Origin: Ruminococcus sp.
Lineage (GTDB): Bacteria; Bacillota; Clostridia; Oscillospirales; Ruminococcaceae
Strand: one strand, 5' to 3'
DNA: 64,000 nucleotides
Assembly (NCBI RefSeq): GCF_017519145.1
Contig: NZ_JAFWTA010000021.1
Shown here piece after piece: positions 62,859-64,000 of the stretch. Under the pieces are notes generated by a model. That model did not search any database. It saw only the letters and a program-made list of their open reading frames with translations, and had not been told where the DNA came from. Both the position numbers and the translations under genes were made by a program. Numbering within the stretch: position 1 is the stretch's first letter; every line of letters begins with the position of its first letter.

Positions 62859-64000
62859 TCAGACCTTGCTCTTGTCCTTGATGTTCTTGATGATATCGTT
62901 GACAAGGTTCTTCAGGTTAGAGTCCTTTTCCATCGACTCTGTAACGCTTGTTACCGAGTAAACGATGGTGGAGTGGTCTCTGCCGCCGAACTCCGTACCG
63001 ATGGAGGCAAGGGGCATCTGTGTGATCTCGCGGACAACGTAGATAGCTACCTTACGGGCAGTCGAGATCTGTGCGGAGCGCTTGCTGGAGCGCAGATCCT
63101 CGGGAGATACGCCGTATACTGTGGATACCTCGGAGATGATCTTCTCAACGGTGATGGGAATAGGCTGCTCGTCTGCGAGGACGTCGCGCATAACGCTCTG
63201 AGCCATGGAAATAGTGATGGGGCTTCCTGCAAAGTGGTTGAGAGCCTTCAGGCGGACAACTGCGCCCTCAAGCTGACGGATGTTGGATCTCAGGCGGTTA
63301 GCCATGAATTCCGCGACCTCGCTGGGCATTTTCAGCTCAAGAAGCTCGGATTTTCTGTTGATGATAGCAAGTCTTGTTTCGTAATCGGGGGCAGATATAT
63401 CTGCGATGAGACCGCCCTCGAAACGGGTGCGCAGACGCTCCTCGAGAGTTACCAGCTCCTTGGGGGGCTTATCTGATGTGATGACGATCTGCTTGCCCTC
63501 CTGATGGAGCTTGTAGAAGGTATGGAAGAACTCCTCCTGCATACGCTCTCTTGTAGAGAAGAACTGGATATCGTCGATGAGGAGTATATCTGCGTTTCTG
63601 TACTTGTTGTGGAAGTCGGAGATAGTGCCTTTATTGAGGGCGTTTACCAGATCGCTTCCGAAGGTCTCGCTGGTAACGTATACGATGTTGAAGTCGGGGT
63701 GATTTTTCCTGACATCGTTGGCGATAGCCGTGATGAGGTGGGTCTTGCCCATTCCCGAGGGACCGTATATGAACAGCGGATTATAGTCGGGAACGTCCTT
63801 TGTTCCGCAGTTCTTTGCCACGGATTTACTGCAGGCAAGAGCGAACTCGTTGGAACGTCCCTCGATGAATGTATCGAAGGTATAATCGTAATTAGCAAAT
63901 TTATATGACTGTTCAAGCTCTGCGTGCTTCTGCTCAAGCTCTGCGTCAGTGGGGACCTTGATCTTTTCGGGCTCATCGGATTCAACATTGATGGTGATGC
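62859..64000 (-). CDS. dnaA: chromosomal replication initiator DnaA (N-terminal part outside the window)
   Basis: YTFDTFIEGRSNEFA, Walker A LFIYGPSGMGKTHL, ILLIDDIQF, box VII SDKPPKEL, and DNA-binding tail HSTIVYSVTSV. The frame stays open to the window edge. Confidence 0.97.
   Translation of the reverse strand, partial: ITINVESDEPEKIKVPTDAELEQKHAELEQSYKFANYDYTFDTFIEGRSNEFALACSKSVAKNCGTKDVPDYNPLFIYGPSGMGKTHLITAIANDVRKNHPDFNIVYVTSETFGSDLVNALNKGTISDFHNKYRNADILLIDDIQFFSTRERMQEEFFHTFYKLHQEGKQIVITSDKPPKELVTLEERLRTRFEGGLIADISAPDYETRLAIINRKSELLELKMPSEVAEFMANRLRSNIRQLEGAVVRLKALNHFAGSPITISMAQSVMRDVLADEQPIPITVEKIISEVSTVYGVSPEDLRSSKRSAQISTARKVAIYVVREITQMPLASIGTEFGGRDHSTIVYSVTSVTESMEKDSNLKNLVNDIIKNIKDKSKV

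Noticed and set aside
1-64000. CRISPR arrays, tRNA/rRNA genes, prophage or integrase genes, toxin-antitoxin pairs and known defence-system signatures
   Set aside because: I found no regularly spaced direct repeats longer than the 7-mers. I found no tRNA T-loop/acceptor patterns, and no integrase, reverse-transcriptase, helicase-nuclease or methyltransferase motifs in any frame I inspected.

Overview
This is an origin-proximal chromosomal window from a spore-forming Clostridia member. The gene content and repeat style look Oscillospiraceae/Ruminococcus-like, but that taxonomic guess is inference only. All homology calls come from motifs I recognise by eye in the translations; nothing was searched.

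Right end, minus strand: dnaA (5' end outside the window), a dnaA-dnaN spacer with oriC-like features, then dnaN, yaaA, recF, remB, a RAYT-like HUH transposase gene, gyrB, a ycxB-like gene, gyrA and three small genes.

Middle and left:
- Housekeeping genes: nrdR, rsuA, msmX-like ATPase, pepV, rpsT, gpr, spo0A, ytaF, thrS with a Thr T-box, glyQS, ppk1, pssA, dnaX-ybaB-recR.
- Carbohydrate genes: glgP, GH13, GH95, CBM+GH26, GT2.
- An iorAB-paaK aryl-acid module.
- Several families of paralogous lipoproteins.

No rRNA, tRNA, CRISPR array, prophage or recognisable defence island was seen.

The most unusual material is non-genic:
1. A REP/RAYT system. A 26-nt GTAG+hairpin REP occurs as an inverted doublet with a compensatory stem change at 43.2 kb. 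The same REP occurs twice, in frame and inverted, inside the RAYT-like gene. That gene is translationally coupled into the dnaA-gyrA replication cluster.
2. Two families of 7-nt-periodic micro-arrays sit at five intergenic loci.
3. A same-orientation DnaA-box cluster lies 19 kb from oriC, exactly where gene-strand polarity flips in a convergent sense.
4. A Thr-specific T-box leads directly into an uncharacterised 126-aa ORF located upstream of thrS.
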